A stretch of DNA of 64,000 nt from positions 62,001 to 126,000 of the forward strand of contig PDIP01000009.1 of NCBI GenBank assembly GCA_002811645.1, in the 5' to 3' direction. Of this stretch, positions 33,333 to 46,906 are shown one piece after another. The DNA comes from Corallochytrium limacisporum Hawaii (Eukaryota; Protista; Pluriformea). Under the pieces are notes generated by a model. That model ran no database searches and was not told where the DNA came from. It saw only the letters and a list, made by a program, of their open reading frames with translations. Positions within the stretch are counted from its first letter, which is position 1, and the number at the start of each line of letters is the position of its first letter. Both the position numbers and the translations under genes were made by a program.

Positions 33333-35400
33333 CGCCGCGGGTCCCCCCCCGGGGGGTCAACGAGAGAGAGAGTGTGTGTGTGTGTGTGGGGGGGGGGGTG
33401 GGGCAGGCAAGAAAAAAATAAAACAGGGAGAGAGGAAGAACCTTTGACCAGCAGCCAGCAAAGTACACAGGAATTGACGGTAACAAAGGAGAAAAAAAAT
33501 GAGGAAAATCTCAGGGTGCGGTTTTCATGCAAAGGGCCCAAAAATGGCGCACCCTCGCGTGTAATCCGCACGCCAACGGGGAGAGAGAGAGACTTTTAAG
33601 GGAGAGCGGGAGAAAACCCGAAAAGAAAATAGTAAAGAAAGTACGATAGTACCCAAGAAAAAAAGACCTGGGGCCATGTTCTTAGGCGTAACACACGAAT
33701 GGCCAAGGCCAACAAAGGAAAAAAATGTAGAGAGCGGGGGCATACCGAAGAACCGCAAAAATGAGAGCAAGGATAGAGACACACACACACACAGAGACAC
33801 AGAGACATGGCGTTTGGGTGGGGGGGAGAGCGGCCGAATTCGCGTGGCCTTCGTCACCCCTCGCGTCCTTCGAGCTGAGCCAGGAATGCCATCGCCCGGA
33901 GCAACTTCCAAGAAATCCTGCCAATCTGTCTCTCTTTTTTTTTATTGTATGTATGTCTTGCAACCAACCATCCCCGTCTGCCAGTCCCCTTCCCTCATTT
34001 CTATTTTAAAACGTCTTTTAACTCTCTGACGCTCTATCTATCTCTATCTATCCTCTCCCTCTCTCTCTCTATCTCTCTCTCGCTCTCTCTCTTTCTGTGT
34101 CCCTCTCTCTCTCTCTGTCTTCGTCTTCGCGCTCCCCCGGGCGCGCGGCGGCGGGGGCGCATCTCCTCCTCCAAGAACTCCGTTTGGTCGTGGTACTGAG
34201 GAGAGGTGTGAAACGTCTTGGCTTTGATGAATAGAGATCGATTGGGAGAGAAGGAGGGCTTGGGGGGGGGGGGCCTGATGATCATCAGCACTATCTTCTC
34301 TGTGGTCCATGGGGTTATATGGCACTTGAGCATGATCGTGCCAGCCTTGGCTGCCAGAGCCATCAGATGAGGCTATATTTCCTCCCCTTGCATTTGCATG
34401 GGAGTTCTCTACAAACATGAGGCTAACCGCTGCATCTGCATTACTACCCACGATGACATATCTCACATCAGCACCCATCGCCGTGGCATATTAACAATCC
34501 CACACTCAGTGTCTCGCTATGGTTTCCGGGGATTATTGCCCCAATTCGCTGCCGCCCTTCTGCCCCTCTCCCAGGTACTTTCTCTCTCTCTCTTTTTCCT
34601 TTTGCCCTTTACCCTCTCCCCCACCACACACTCCCTTTCCTGTGTACCCTGTGAAATACATTTCCCCCAACCCCTCTCCTTTCCTTTTATCTTTGATTTT
34701 CCTCCTCCGGGGTTCCATCTCCGTTGCGCTTATTCGGGGCGGGAGGTTAGGAGGAAAAAAGAAAAGGAGGGAAGGGAGGGGGGGAACGCCACTGAACACA
34801 TCACACACGCCGCTCGTACGTTGGGGACACAAACACTGCTACCGCACAAGCAGTACTTCCCACTTGCGTACATTCAGTATTAATTTTCAAAAGTAGACGA
34901 CAAAAGCCGGTGAAACGCGGACGGACTTTTAAGAAAGTAAAAAAGAAAAGGAAGTGAAGAACGAAAGCGTTACAAAACGGAGAAACCCGCAAGTCAACCA
35001 GGGCATCACCATCATCGCCCATCGTTGGTCAGCAAAGCGCTCAGGCCATAGACAATGAATGGCAAAGAAATTCTTGGCCGTTTGCAAAAAAAAATGAAAA
35101 TGGGTGGAGGGGGCGGTAAGAGGGATGGAGGAGGAAAGGCAGGACCCTGAGGCCCGAATCATATCACTGCGCCCCGCTCTCTCGACGAGCCCCGTGTTGA
35201 CCACCGCCATCATCATCACCAACCAGTGAACGTCCCAGACATGCCCTACCGACACCAATGGCGCACATCCGAGTGACTTCTGTGGTCCACCACACACGCT
35301 ACAGCATACCATTCTTAACGCGGTACGAACGAAAGCTTCATGCAGTTGTGGCGTACCGGTCAGTGATTCACCACTGTCGTGGACCCCGTGGCGAGCTGGC
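32240..35400 (+). mobile_element. Decayed, microsatellite-inflated Ty3/Gypsy pol (RT to integrase)
   Basis: TSLD*DLGF, QPFG, SRNMDTYRQDVKKV, SILKGLV, TIAAPF, HALTS/PV, GVLYK..HDDISH, WFPGI, ITIIAHRWS, MAKKFL, PEARIISLR, PYR/TNG, VVAYRSVIHHCRGPRGEL, collinear with Gypsy pol. Confidence 0.6.
33272..33330. repeat. (CT)n microsatellite
   Basis: About 30 CT units, followed by C8G6, (AG)n, (GT)n and a G run. Confidence 0.95.
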
Positions 35401-37141
35401 CAGAGAGTGGAGAACCCGGGGGCAACACAGGGCGAATAGACAATCAGCACAAGCGGGGCGGCTGACGTCCTGTGCGCAGGTCCCGGCCCCTACGGCTCCC
35501 TCCCGTCCTCTTTGGCCCCCCTGTCCCCGGTATCACAAGCTACTCGCCGTTTCCCGCCGCGGTCGGTCCGGTACATATTGTACCGAGGAAAGGAGAGGAA
35601 CGACCGTGAAGCACAAAAAAAATGGGGGGCGGCGGGGACCGGCGGGAGAGAGCAGCAAACACAACCACCAGCGCAAGCAGCGAAAGACGGAAAAGAAAAG
35701 AAGGAAGAAAAAAAAATCCCACTCCCCCCCCTCCTCCTCCCGTGTCTCGCCTTCCTTTCTCTCCCTCTCTCTCCTTCTCCCCTCCCCCTTCAAATTTCGA
35801 AACCCGCCTCCCCATTTCTTCCCAGCCGCCTCACGCAGCACACTCTCTGGAGTGGTGGTGGTTAATGAATCGTCGTTTCTCTTCTTCTTTTGTAAACGCC
35901 GTTGCCTTTCTCAGGTGTTATTTCCCACTCTAATCCGCTATGTTTCACTCCCGCTCTCCTTAATTGTTTCTTCTTGTTTGGGTTCAACCGTTTCATGTCT
36001 CGGTCCATTTGGATTGTTTTTATCGTTTTCGGAATTCTGCAAACATTTTCTCCTAGCCACGGCATAACTCCCATAGCCAAGCCCCTTGTAGTCAGTCAGT
36101 GCGGAAGAAGACGAAGAAGAAAAAAAAGCGGAGGAAAACAAAGGAAGGGAAGGTTAGGACGGAGGCACGGACAAAAGACCAAAGAGCCGAGCTTGAGTTG
36201 ATAGCGAGGAATGAGAGAGAGAGTGAGAAGGCGATTAATTTCTCATTATCCACACCCGTCCCTCTCCTCCTCACCAGCCCCACCTCCCCCTCCTCCCACA
36301 CCCGGCTCTTCCGCGCGAAGGGGACTGCCGCTTTAGCCAGGAACTCTTTAACTTTTTTTCGGCTGTTCTTTTTTTTCTCTTGTCCATTTCCAAGATAGAG
36401 AAATCCGCAATCGTAAGGAATCGGACCACTCTTGGTTGAATTTTTTGTGCCAGGACATATTTTTTTTTTGCTTTTCCTTTTTTTCCCTTAAAACCCGTCC
36501 TCTGAAGTAGTCCGCTAACTTTTTTTGTTATATTTCTGTTTTATCTCTTGCGGCTCCATTTTGTCTATTGTCGTTAGGGGCCGGGCAACCTCCGCTGGCG
36601 TCGGTCCGAGACGAGACCTCGGATCTCTCGTCTCGCTCATACGAAAATAGAAAATCAAGGCAAAAAAAAGGAGAGAGGAGAGGGGAGGTGGTTTATCATT
36701 GGTTTTATAGCACCTTTTGTTCCCTTTGTCAAATATTTTCCTCCCCTCCTCATTACGGCGAACCAAGGGCGAGGGACGCGAGACTAAGCGTGTTTTACAC
36801 GCTGGCCCTTTCAACGCGGAGGCTAGGAGTGGGGTGGGCTACCGTTGGTGGCGGTTGAATGGGGCTTGCTGGTGGCCGCCTGCGCTAGGTGCCTTGTCGC
36901 CCACCCCTCCCTTCCATGCTCCCCCGAGTTTTTTTCTTTCTTTCTCTCTCCCAGTTCTCCGTGTTTACCTTTTTCTTTTTGACTTTCTGGAGCCTTGACG
37001 TTTCTTCCCATTTCATAGCTGGGCTATTGCTCTCCTCCTCCTTCGTCCTTCTCCGTGTCCCCTTATCATCCTGAGTTGATCCTTGCTCTCGTTTCCCGTC
37101 GCGGCCCCGGTGTTGTCCGGACAGTGGTCGATGTGCTGCGT

Positions 37142-37287
<146 letters not shown>

Positions 37288-38364
37288 GCCCCCTCTTCCC
37301 TTACTCCCAACCCGCCCCAAACTCTCATTCCGTGTCAATGGGAAGAAAAGAGAGAGGAGGAAGAGGGGGGGGGGGGGCGAGAGGGCTCTTGTCTTTCAAA
37401 AAAGTCCCGCGTGTGTATGTGTGTTGTGTCTCGCTTTAAACGACCATGTGCCCATCCGTGTGGGTCCTGCAGCACGCGTTTCCACAGTATTTTTCATATC
37501 GAATCCGTCTTCTGGTCAGATGATGGACACACTCTTAGGAATCCCGGGCACGGCACCCACACACACACACACGCTCGCTCGCTCGCTCTCTGCTCAGTCA
37601 GAGTCTCTCTTGCTCTCGGTGTCTTTCTGTGGTCTCTGGCGCCCAGCTGACCAGCACGGGAGGATAAAACGGCAAACATTCTTTCGGTGTTCCAATATGA
37701 ATGCCATTTGTCCGGAACCGATTAAACCAGGGCAATAAAAGAAGAAAATATGAAACAAACACACAGAGGTAAAATTATCTTGACAAGGGGGGTTAAATGG
37801 GAAAAACAAATAGGAAAAGAATGAAAAAATGAAATAGGCCCCTTCGCTGCAACTCCCCTTCTTTTTTTATTCTTTCCTTTTCTTTTCTTTTTCCTTTACA
37901 CCAAACCCCGCATTTTCTCTCCTGCGGCTGTGTCCCTCTCTCCACCCCCCAAAAAAAATGGAAAAGGAGGAGGGGGTTAAATTTCTCCACCCTTCCTTTC
38001 CCCGAAAGCCCTCACTATCGAAGCCGGGCAGGTTGGAGACAAAGAGAGAGAGAGAGAGACAGAGAGGGAGAGGCAGGCAGGCAACGGGACAGAGGGAGTC
38101 TACAGCCAAAAAGAAAAAAAAAATAAGAACAAGGAAAACTGTGTTCCAACGAACGGACTGCACCGCCGGGCCAGGTGGAGCTTGGGAGGTGGTTGGTTGG
38201 TCGGCTGCCCGGATGATTCACTGGCGGACAATTAGTGATATAATGTAATATCTTAGCATTCCGGATATACCAAACTGCCTGGGTGAGAAAAAGGGGGGGG
38301 GGGGAGTAGGTAACAAAAGGAGGAGAGAAAGGGGTAAAGGTGGGGGAGGGGAGAGGGGGAGAAT

Positions 38365-39620
38365 TATGTCCGTGGGTAGCAGCGCGCTCCTCCACAAGCG
38401 CCTTTGGCCTGTGTGGCCCATAACTCATATAAGTGGGTAACGGATCGGTTGCTTTGTGAGTGTGACCACGGCTCGCATCATGTTGGATCTGCGGTCTGGG
38501 ACGTATTCTTCGGTAACGTATTCCATGCCAAGTTGAAGAAGGAAGACTGTGTTACCACACTAGCATCAGGCAGGAATGGGGAGGGCTTCCGATCCATGTT
38601 CGGATTGAGATCGCCTGCATGGTTCCTGTCATCTCCAACCAGGGCCTTATCGACGGATACCCTTTTTTTTTCTCTTTTGTCATTCATCGCCGTGGGGCCC
38701 CTGCAGCTGATCTTCTACTGAGTGGCCATCATGCGTGCTCACCACGGTCTGTAGTCTGGCCCGTTGGGCCCGTTGGGACCAAAGTCTCCGACAGTCCGGT
38801 TGAACTCGTCCCTATCTTCAAGCCCGACTCAGAGCATATTGCTACGAGACGGGTTGTCTAAGCATGACTGACACAGTGTCACCTGCGTGGAGCTCTGACG
38901 TCTCCATGTACTACTGCCGACTTGTTTGATTTAATTGTTAGATGCCCACATCAAAGAACAAAGAACGGGGGTCTAGCCACAGCAAACTCGTGGACAAGGG
39001 CAGTAGGTCCCCCCCGGGCTAAAACAGACATCGTCAGCATCCAAGGCTCACCTGCCTGGCAGGCAGAACTGAACGGTGAGCAAGAGGGGTGCGGCGATCG
39101 ACCATAATCCTCAGCGACGGCGAGACCTGGCGAGTTCCCGATTCGGAAAATGCTCATCAGGCCCCGGCATCGCACCCAAGATCAGCCTGAAATGCGAAAG
39201 CTGTCCGCACCCTGGGGACGCAAAACGGCACTCCTTCCGTCTTGGTCATCGGTCAAAAACCCCGCCGATTTGAATTTCTTTGGGTCCCTTTACATCTCCT
39301 TATTGTGGGTATTGATCGAACCGGAAGACAAGACAAATCTAGAAACTACCCAGGACAGGAGGATAAAAGGACGATGTGATAAACTGGAAAGGAAGGCATC
39401 AGGGCACCGCGCAATGTAGAAGGAAAGGACAGCCCGATGTTAACCAGCAAAATAAAAAATACCCCACAATGGTGGCCAAACGCGGGTCTTGAAAAAGCAA
39501 AATAGAAAAATGGTTCTGCAAGTGTGGTCGTGTAGCAAACAGGGACACCCCGCCTCAGTTGGGTGGGTGTGAATTTAGGTATTTTCTCGGTTGGTTCAGT
39601 ATGGCCACCGGATCTTTTGC
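38365..39620 (+). mobile_element. Decayed Ty3/Gypsy RT-RNase H relic
   Basis: CPWVAA, LDLRSG (38483), FHAKLKKEDCVTT, FRSMFGLRSPAWF, ID/DTLFFS (38649, 1-nt shift), KPDSEHIA, YYCRLV, RKLSAP, FRYFLG. Confidence 0.65.
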
Positions 39621-40693
39621 TGAGCCGGGTGGTGCATTTCCTGGGGTCCTCCTCGCCATCCTACCTAATTCCTTCTGCCTTTACCCACGAGAGAAGTACA
39701 CGACTACAGTGGCGTTTTCGGGTCGGCGAATTTCGGTAGTATTTATATAGAATGAATGGTTGCCAAAATATTGACAGAGTAAAATACAATCACACACACA
39801 CACAGAGACACACACACAATATATATATATAATACATACCTATGTATCAAAGCAAGAAAAAAATTGAACTATAGTAAAAGTACGAGATGTGTAGAGAGGG
39901 GAAGAGGGCGGCCCGCGGGCGGCGGCCGCGCACACAAAGTGGAGAGCGCAAGAGAGCAGCAAATCCCTAAGGTCTTGGGGAAGGAAGGAAGGACGGGAGG
40001 GAGGGGTTGGGGGCATCTCAAAACAAGAAAAAGCTGGACATTTCTTCCCTCTTTCGGTAGGCGGCTTGGGCAAAACGAGCTGACAACCACGGTCCCGACG
40101 ACCGTGTCTCTCTCTCTGTGTATGTGTGTGTGTATGTGTGTGTGTCGGGTATCCTATTCGTCTCTTGTGTGTTTGTGTGACACAAGGCTGTCTATGATGT
40201 CTGCCTCCTGGTGTGTGGATCCGGGCCGTTGTGAATGTGTGTGGAACCCGGTTCGGGGAGAGAATTGCTTTTGCTCGGCTTTTTCGGGCCTCCCGGCGGG
40301 TAAGTATAACAAAATAAGAAATTAGGCCCCTTCGCATGGTGGAAGCCACCCGGACCCCAACGTCGGCATCAATGGAGGATCGAAACGGGCTGGCATGCTG
40401 GGAAGTCCCGACGACACGGATGCACCCCCGCAACTGAAGCTATGACCAGGAAACTATACGTCGAGCACCAGAGTAGTACAAAAGCAGCAAACCCACGATC
40501 TGTACGAACACACCAAGAAAATGTCACTTGTTTAATATGGCATAGTTTAGAACATGGGGTGCACCGCAGAGCCACGGGAGATGCGTTCATGATGGTGTGA
40601 CTCTTTGGCATACCTGGTATGTGATGATTGATATGTTGAATGGGGTTCTTGGCGATGGGACTACAAGATAAGAGTGATCTACTTCTCTGCTCT

Positions 40694-42049
40694 CTACAGC
40701 TTGCCGTTGGCTAGATCGACAATCTGTACAATGGTCACCGCGAGACCGAGGGCGCCAACCAATACGCCACCAATAACGACCACCAAGCCCATTTGCGCCA
40801 TTTTGGGATGGGTTTCCTTATCCTTGCGGTACTGAATCATCCCTGGGATAACAAACGTGATCGCCACTGCCGCCGTTGAGCCCAGGATCTGGAACCCAAT
40901 GTCGAGGTGGCTTAGACTCAAGGCGAGGACCAGACACAGGCCCACAAATGCCACCGCAAACATCGCACGGCGTGCCAAGGTTACCTCGAGGTCACCATAC
41001 CTCCAGGCGTGCACGAGCTTGACCGAGGGGTAGAAGACCAAGGGAAACTTCAACAAATTCAGCAGTCCCACGAATCCACGAGCAAAGGTCATAATGTACC
41101 CAGGATATTCAGTCAAAATATCTCCGCTAACGTTGCGGCCAAAGTAGAAGTAACCTGCCAGACCAAAGACAAAGTAAATAGAAGTGCAGATGCCCATAAG
41201 AGAGGTGTGCATGACGGCCGGGAACAGATGCCTTACTCCTGCAGCCATTTCAGTGTAAATATGCAACACATTGAAGTGGCACATGTACACAAGGCTGAGT
41301 AAAGGCACGGCCTGGAGAATCGCCACCGGGTCCGTGTCCACCGCCTTCACGGTCGGTGCAATTCCTCCTTTGGCAATCAGTTCGTAGACCATCGCACCTG
41401 CAACGAAAAGCATGAACCCTACGGCCAGCGTACTCGAGTACTGCAGTGCCTTCAGATCAGGCGCACACAATAGCGGTAGTATGGCCAGACCGCTCCACAC
41501 TTCGACCCACGCCCGCTGGAGGTACCAACTTTCAGAGTCTCCGAATGCAAGCTGTAGAACAGGCGTCAGCAAATCGCCGGCCACAATGAACAGTACAGAT
41601 GCAGAGAGCAGGAGCAGGATGCCCAGGCTCAGACGAGTGGCTAGAATACCCGTTGGTCCGAGGTAGATGCCCGCAAGGTCCTCGTAGTTGGCTTTGCCTT
41701 TCCGCTTGGCCGCGTTGCGGAGCCAGACGCCCGTAAGGTCGCTGAGGAAACCAAAGAAAACAATTGCTATGAGTCCGGTCAGCCAGCCGGTCTTGGCGAA
41801 GGCGATCGGTAGTGACAACACACCGGTACCGAGGCAGCTCGCCGTCAGGTTCGCAACGGAAGAAAAGAAAGTGCCATTACCCTCCCTCTCGTGTACTACG
41901 GACCGCGCACTGATCTCCTGCTCAACTTCCCGGAATTCCCGGTCAATTAGCGATGTGTACTCGTCTGCGACAGGGGAGAACTCGATCTGTGACTCGTCTA
42001 TGTCGCTGGGGTAGACGTCAGTAGTGTTCTCGGGTACTCCCAGAGCCAT
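40694..42049 (-). CDS. Amino-acid transporter, AAAP/SLC38-AVT family
   Basis: SVANLTASCLGTGVLSLPIAF, YMCHFNVLHIYTEM, GDILTEY, ~11 hydrophobic segments, acidic N-terminal tail. Confidence 0.88.
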   Translation of the reverse strand: MALGVPENTTDVYPSDIDESQIEFSPVADEYTSLIDREFREVEQEISARSVVHEREGNGTFFSSVANLTASCLGTGVLSLPIAFAKTGWLTGLIAIVFFGFLSDLTGVWLRNAAKRKGKANYEDLAGIYLGPTGILATRLSLGILLLLSASVLFIVAGDLLTPVLQLAFGDSESWYLQRAWVEVWSGLAILPLLCAPDLKALQYSSTLAVGFMLFVAGAMVYELIAKGGIAPTVKAVDTDPVAILQAVPLLSLVYMCHFNVLHIYTEMAAGVRHLFPAVMHTSLMGICTSIYFVFGLAGYFYFGRNVSGDILTEYPGYIMTFARGFVGLLNLLKFPLVFYPSVKLVHAWRYGDLEVTLARRAMFAVAFVGLCLVLALSLSHLDIGFQILGSTAAVAITFVIPGMIQYRKDKETHPKMAQMGLVVVIGGVLVGALGLAVTIVQIVDLANGKL

Positions 42050-42849
42050 TTTGGTTGTGTACTTTGTGGACTAGTTTTCACTTGTCCTTGAAGTACGTTA
42101 AAGTAGCAGTCTACAATATGTGACGACACTTTGTCAGGTGTACGAACAAATATACTTAAAGTCTCCTGTTGCACCGAATCAATTTCCTGATGCCCAGGGT
42201 TTTTGGTCGAGTCCGGTTCACTACCAAAGGAGAGATTTCTGTCGTCTCAGTTTTCGCATGATCTAATAATGCACAAGTACAAGATTAGTGCTGCCACATT
42301 GTCTGCAAATTTTCATGAAGTACCAACAGTGCCCTGGGAAACGTCAAGCATGTCCACCGTACAACACCCTGAACCCTTTCAGACACCAGAGGACGGTGCC
42401 CGGCCAGCAGTAAGCAAGCCCCATGAATGGGTCCCCCCCTCCCCCCGCCTCCTTTTCAGCCTTATCTCTCACTCTCCCAGTATGGACTCTCTACCGCACT
42501 CCGAACCCGCCCGGACACGGACCGGAAATGGAACGACCCGACGAGGAGCCAGGAGGTAGCGGGTGCGCGGGGAGGGGTGGGCAGTCAAAGCAAGACTCCG
42601 TTTTGCCAGAGAAATGGACGGGCAAAAAAAAAAAGAAAGAGTCTGCCGGGGTGGTTGTGACCCCCGGAAAAAGGGGGGGGGGTTAGTGGGCGATTCCGCC
42701 TTTGCCGCTTCGCCCTTTCAAACACTGCGAAACGAGGGCGTGTAGGAAGAGGAAGACATGAGAGCTCCTGAGAACTTTAGATGGGATCTGACCTATCCCA
42801 TGTCCCGGACCAATACAGTGCCCTTTTGATGCACTATCCCTGGCACTTC

Positions 42850-43100
42850 GCCATGCAAACAAACGGAGTCCATCCGGAATACACTGGGACGAAGAACGCG
42901 TCACATGCATGCCATCATCTCACCCACGTACACGCAGGGAACACATGAGATAGTGAGAGAGAGAGCGATGGACAGATATGTCACAAAACGTCAGGTATCG
43001 CGCGGGTCCGAGTTAACATGTTCATCCGCACTACCAACAAGCATCGCGAACTGTATTGTATCTGCCATGGAGTAAGCAGTGGCACTGATGGTAGGTGATG
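42850..43100 (-). mobile_element. Possible integrase relic
   Basis: LPSVPLLTPWQ, LLVVRMNMLTRTRAIP (cf. LVVVDxLTKxxxAIP), CIPDGL. Confidence 0.35.
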
Positions 43101-43988
43101 GTGGTGACGGAATAAAAACATTCGGCTTGTGTGCGGGGTCTGGGTTTTTGCTTCCTGATCAGCAAATCTCACTCTCGCCAGTCAATTCACAGAGGCGCGC
43201 TGGAGTTTGGGGCGGGTGTGGGCACGGGTTTGCACTCTGGGCTCTTTCGTTGGCACTTCCTCCCTCTTCCCTTTCTGACGTTGCGGGAGTGCTACGTAGC
43301 TCTCGCTCCCGGCCCCCACGCATCCGCCGCAAGAGAGAAAACAGAAACTGCCACTTTTTCCCACCGTCTCTGTCCCCGCGTCCCCCCTTCGCATCGCTTT
43401 TTCGCTAATTTGCGCACAACCGGGGGGCAAGTGAGTGGGAGAGGTAACGGAGACTGGTTGGCGGGCAGAAGGCAGAATGGAAAAAAGTGGGGGGGGGGGA
43501 GGGCGGTGAGGTGTTGCCGCCATAGTGAGAGCTCAGCGAAGCATTTGGAATTCCTGTAGATTGCTAAGGTCTCCTTTTTGTTTTTATTCCCCCTCAACCC
43601 CACTCTTTTTCCTTTCAGCTCGTCTCCTGGATTGGTGGATTAAAATGGACTCCTGATCCCATGGAGAGAATAGGAGCCCAGGTTTTTCGTTGCTTTTAAT
43701 AGGCCCCTAATTTCTGGCTTTTTGTCCCTGCCGTTTCTCCTCCCCCTTTGTCTTTCGAGTTGGTGGTGCGGCACCTGCCTTGTGTGTTTGTTTTGTGTGG
43801 GGGGGGGGTTGTGCCCGACCAAAACTTAGATAGCGCGACGGGGCAGGGGATCCTTGTTGCATCCTTGTTCCGGAGCTATGGGTCAGCAGGGTTTGGGAAG
43901 GTATTTTGCTTTCTGCATACTCCTCTCGAGTAATCTTCCTTAAGGATCTCGGAAGAAACTCCAAATTTGAATTGAAAATTCAGAAAGC

Positions 43989-44252
43989 ATGGGACTCACC
44001 GCAGACCAGCTCCAGGCTGTAATTGAGGAAAGGTTCAAACCGGTGCATCTCACCGTGGAAGATGTGTCTGGAGGGTGCGGATCTAATTTTGAAGTGACCA
44101 TTGTCAGTGAAATGTTTGAGGGAAAGAAGCTCCTGCAAAAGCACAAGCTGGTGAATTCTCTGCTGGCAGATGAGATAGCACAAATGCATGCGTTTAAGCA
44201 GAACCCGTACACTCCAGAGGAGTGGGCCAAGAAGCAGGGTGAGAGCAGCTGA
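43989..44252 (+). CDS. BOLA2: BolA-like protein 2
   Basis: VEDVSGGCGSNFEVTIVSEMFEGKKLLQKHKLVN..IAQMHAF. Confidence 0.9.
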   Translation: MGLTADQLQAVIEERFKPVHLTVEDVSGGCGSNFEVTIVSEMFEGKKLLQKHKLVNSLLADEIAQMHAFKQNPYTPEEWAKKQGESS

Positions 44253-45149
44253 ACTCAGCATGTAACAGACTAATATAAAGAACATATGACAAATACATTT
44301 AGAATAACTGGATGTGTATATTGGAATCCATGACATTCATGCGGAAGTAAGACTGGAGACGACGAAAGTTCTTTTGAGATTCCGAACAATTGCAGACGTC
44401 AACTAGGCGACCACAATGCGAATGCACAAATTGCCCGCTCGATTTTCAGAATACTCCGTATAATCATTGAGGGGAGAGAATCTCCCCTCAAAGACTCTCT
44501 TCTATCCACAATATATCAGTTGGCATATCTGTACTAATTGCTTTCAACAATGTTCTTATGGTGTGTTATACGACTCCTTTCAACCCAGGGCGCACACAGT
44601 CTACACACACACACACACAGAGGGACATGCCTCGAAGAATTCCGCCTCCGGTTGGAAGGTTTCTGCATACACAAGATAACACGAAGATCAAAGGAAATTG
44701 GATAAGGATCTACTATCAACCTCAACTGAACCAAGCAGTTTCCAACATCTACCGTTGTCGACCCATCCCGTCATCGCCACTCTACAAGACATCTTGTTGC
44801 TTTCTGCGGCGATCAGAGACTGTTCCTGCTTTCGTTTTCTCTTCTCTGTTGGAAATGTAGTGATGATGCTCTCGAATGTGCTACCGCTTTACTCTGGTAG
44901 CCCACAGAAAAACTGTGTGTACCGGAGCGTTAAACCCTGCGCGCCCCCCCTGCCTTGGTCCGCTTGGAAGAAAGAGACCCGCCCTCCCCCCACAATTCTT
45001 CCCACTCAGCTTGGAGTGCCGGGGGTGCGGGTTGCTAAGGCCCGCGCTTCTATATTGATCATACTGAGTCAATATCACACGAGCGCCAGCGCTTTGCGGC
45101 CCTATTCCCAAACACGAGAGGGGTGGGGGAGCGGGGGCTGCAGCAATGC

Positions 45150-46400
45150 ATGGGTTCTCGTCGACATTGTCTGGGGGTTTAAGCAGCACTTTACAGGGCT
45201 GAGGTCGCCTACTGGTGTTGCGCTGTTCATTATCACTTGCCTTCCAAACCTGACCTGCCGTTTTTGGTACGTGGTAGGCTACACAGTGGAGGCATGGCTG
45301 GTGCATATTTAAAGACTTGTTCTTTGTTCTCGTTGTTCCATAGTCACCCATCGCTGACCACCACGGGTGTTGAAGAAGAGCATGGAGACGAACGCCATTG
45401 ACTTTGCGCACAAGACAATGTTGCAGGTGGGCTAATCTGCTCACTTGCACCTGCAAGGGCAAGGAAGAGTGCCAGCGATGCTAGATAGTAAACTCAGGGA
45501 AAAGGAACGACAGGATTCCACCACGTTTATCGTTGCTGTTTTAGTGAAGGGGGAGTCGCTGCATCCATGTCATGGGGTCCTCTTCTTTACAAGTCGCGCT
45601 TCAGCTAGCCATGTACACAATCGTGTGGCTTGAACATTGCAAAAATGGGGTGGCAGGGCCTCCGAAGACCCATCCACCAAGTACCAGAATGAAAAGAAAC
45701 AGAGAGTCCCAACCCACGCCCGAGTACGTCGAAGCTTTTCCTATTCCATTCCTTCCCATAGGGTCCAACTCAAATCAAACACACAGCACCGTCCCCAATG
45801 ACACGCATCCAACTCGACCTCCAGTGCCATCCAATGCAAATGGAAAGTTCGTTGCGTACGATATTCCCGAAATCAACGTTCGACTCTTTGTCCATGCAGG
45901 ATTTACGTGGTTGCTGTTGCTTCACCCCACAACCTCCCAACACCGAAGTGCTCCCCCCTCACACCTCCCCCACCTTTTCCTTTCACTCACTCCCCCGTTT
46001 ATATTACCCCAGCGCCCGACCCGCGGGAGCAGGGATGGCCCCCCTCCCCCGGCCTGTTACGGTGGAAACGGGGGCACACCGAAACGAAGGCAAGGGACAC
46101 CCTTGGTGTGGCGGGGGAGGCGAGCGGAGGGGGGGGGTGGGAGTTTGGTCAACTTCGAGCAAGAAGGGAAGAAGAGACGCACTTTCTTACGCAGACTTGT
46201 GCTGCCGTCCGATGTGCGCGGTCCTGCAACAACACAGGCGTGTTTTTGACCGACATTATTTCTTGTGTCTCTTCACTACATGGGACGACACGCTCAACAG
46301 ATGAGGCTACCCTTGCTGTGGTGCATGCCAGTAGATCCGGAGGCATTGCGCCGCGGTTGTTTAGAAAGAGAGTATACGGATGGGGGGAAAGCAGGGAGGA
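45150..46400 (+). mobile_element. Decayed Ty3/Gypsy RT-RNase H relic
   Basis: VDIVWGFKQ, GVEEEH, TPEYVEAF, D[ac]ASN (2-nt duplication inside DAS), NGKFVAY, STDEATLAVVHA. Confidence 0.5.
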
Positions 46401-46906
46401 GGCTTTTGTTTCATTTGGCGTTTCCACAGAAAGTGACAAACGCTCTGGTCTGTGTGATTTCTGCTGGTCGTCTTGATCCGTGCTCAGTCGAGTAAAACAA
46501 GCAATATGTAGAATAGAATGCTTCATCATCTAGGGTGAATACAACATTCCATTTTGTCGAGAACTAAATAGTTGAACTTCGAGCCTGGTATCGTGACCAT
46601 TGGGCTGCGTATGGTTCTGAGTGGAAGCTACTTGAAGCCAACCTGCGCATCCATCGGGGAAAGAGGATCTCCATGTTTCTCCTTGTTCTTCCAGTGTGAG
46701 AAAATTAATCTGTGCGTGAGAGTGTGTATATGTGTACGGCTCGCCGACAAGGTACCATCACACACCTCGTCTCGGTTGCCAAAGTGAGTCAGAATCTAGT
46801 GTGTTACTTTTGCGGGAGTGTTTTCTACTAGATTTCGGGGAAGCAGAAACCAAAACAGTTCAGAAGGTTGCAATACAGGTAGGCAAAAGGCTGTCGATAA
46901 TCAACG

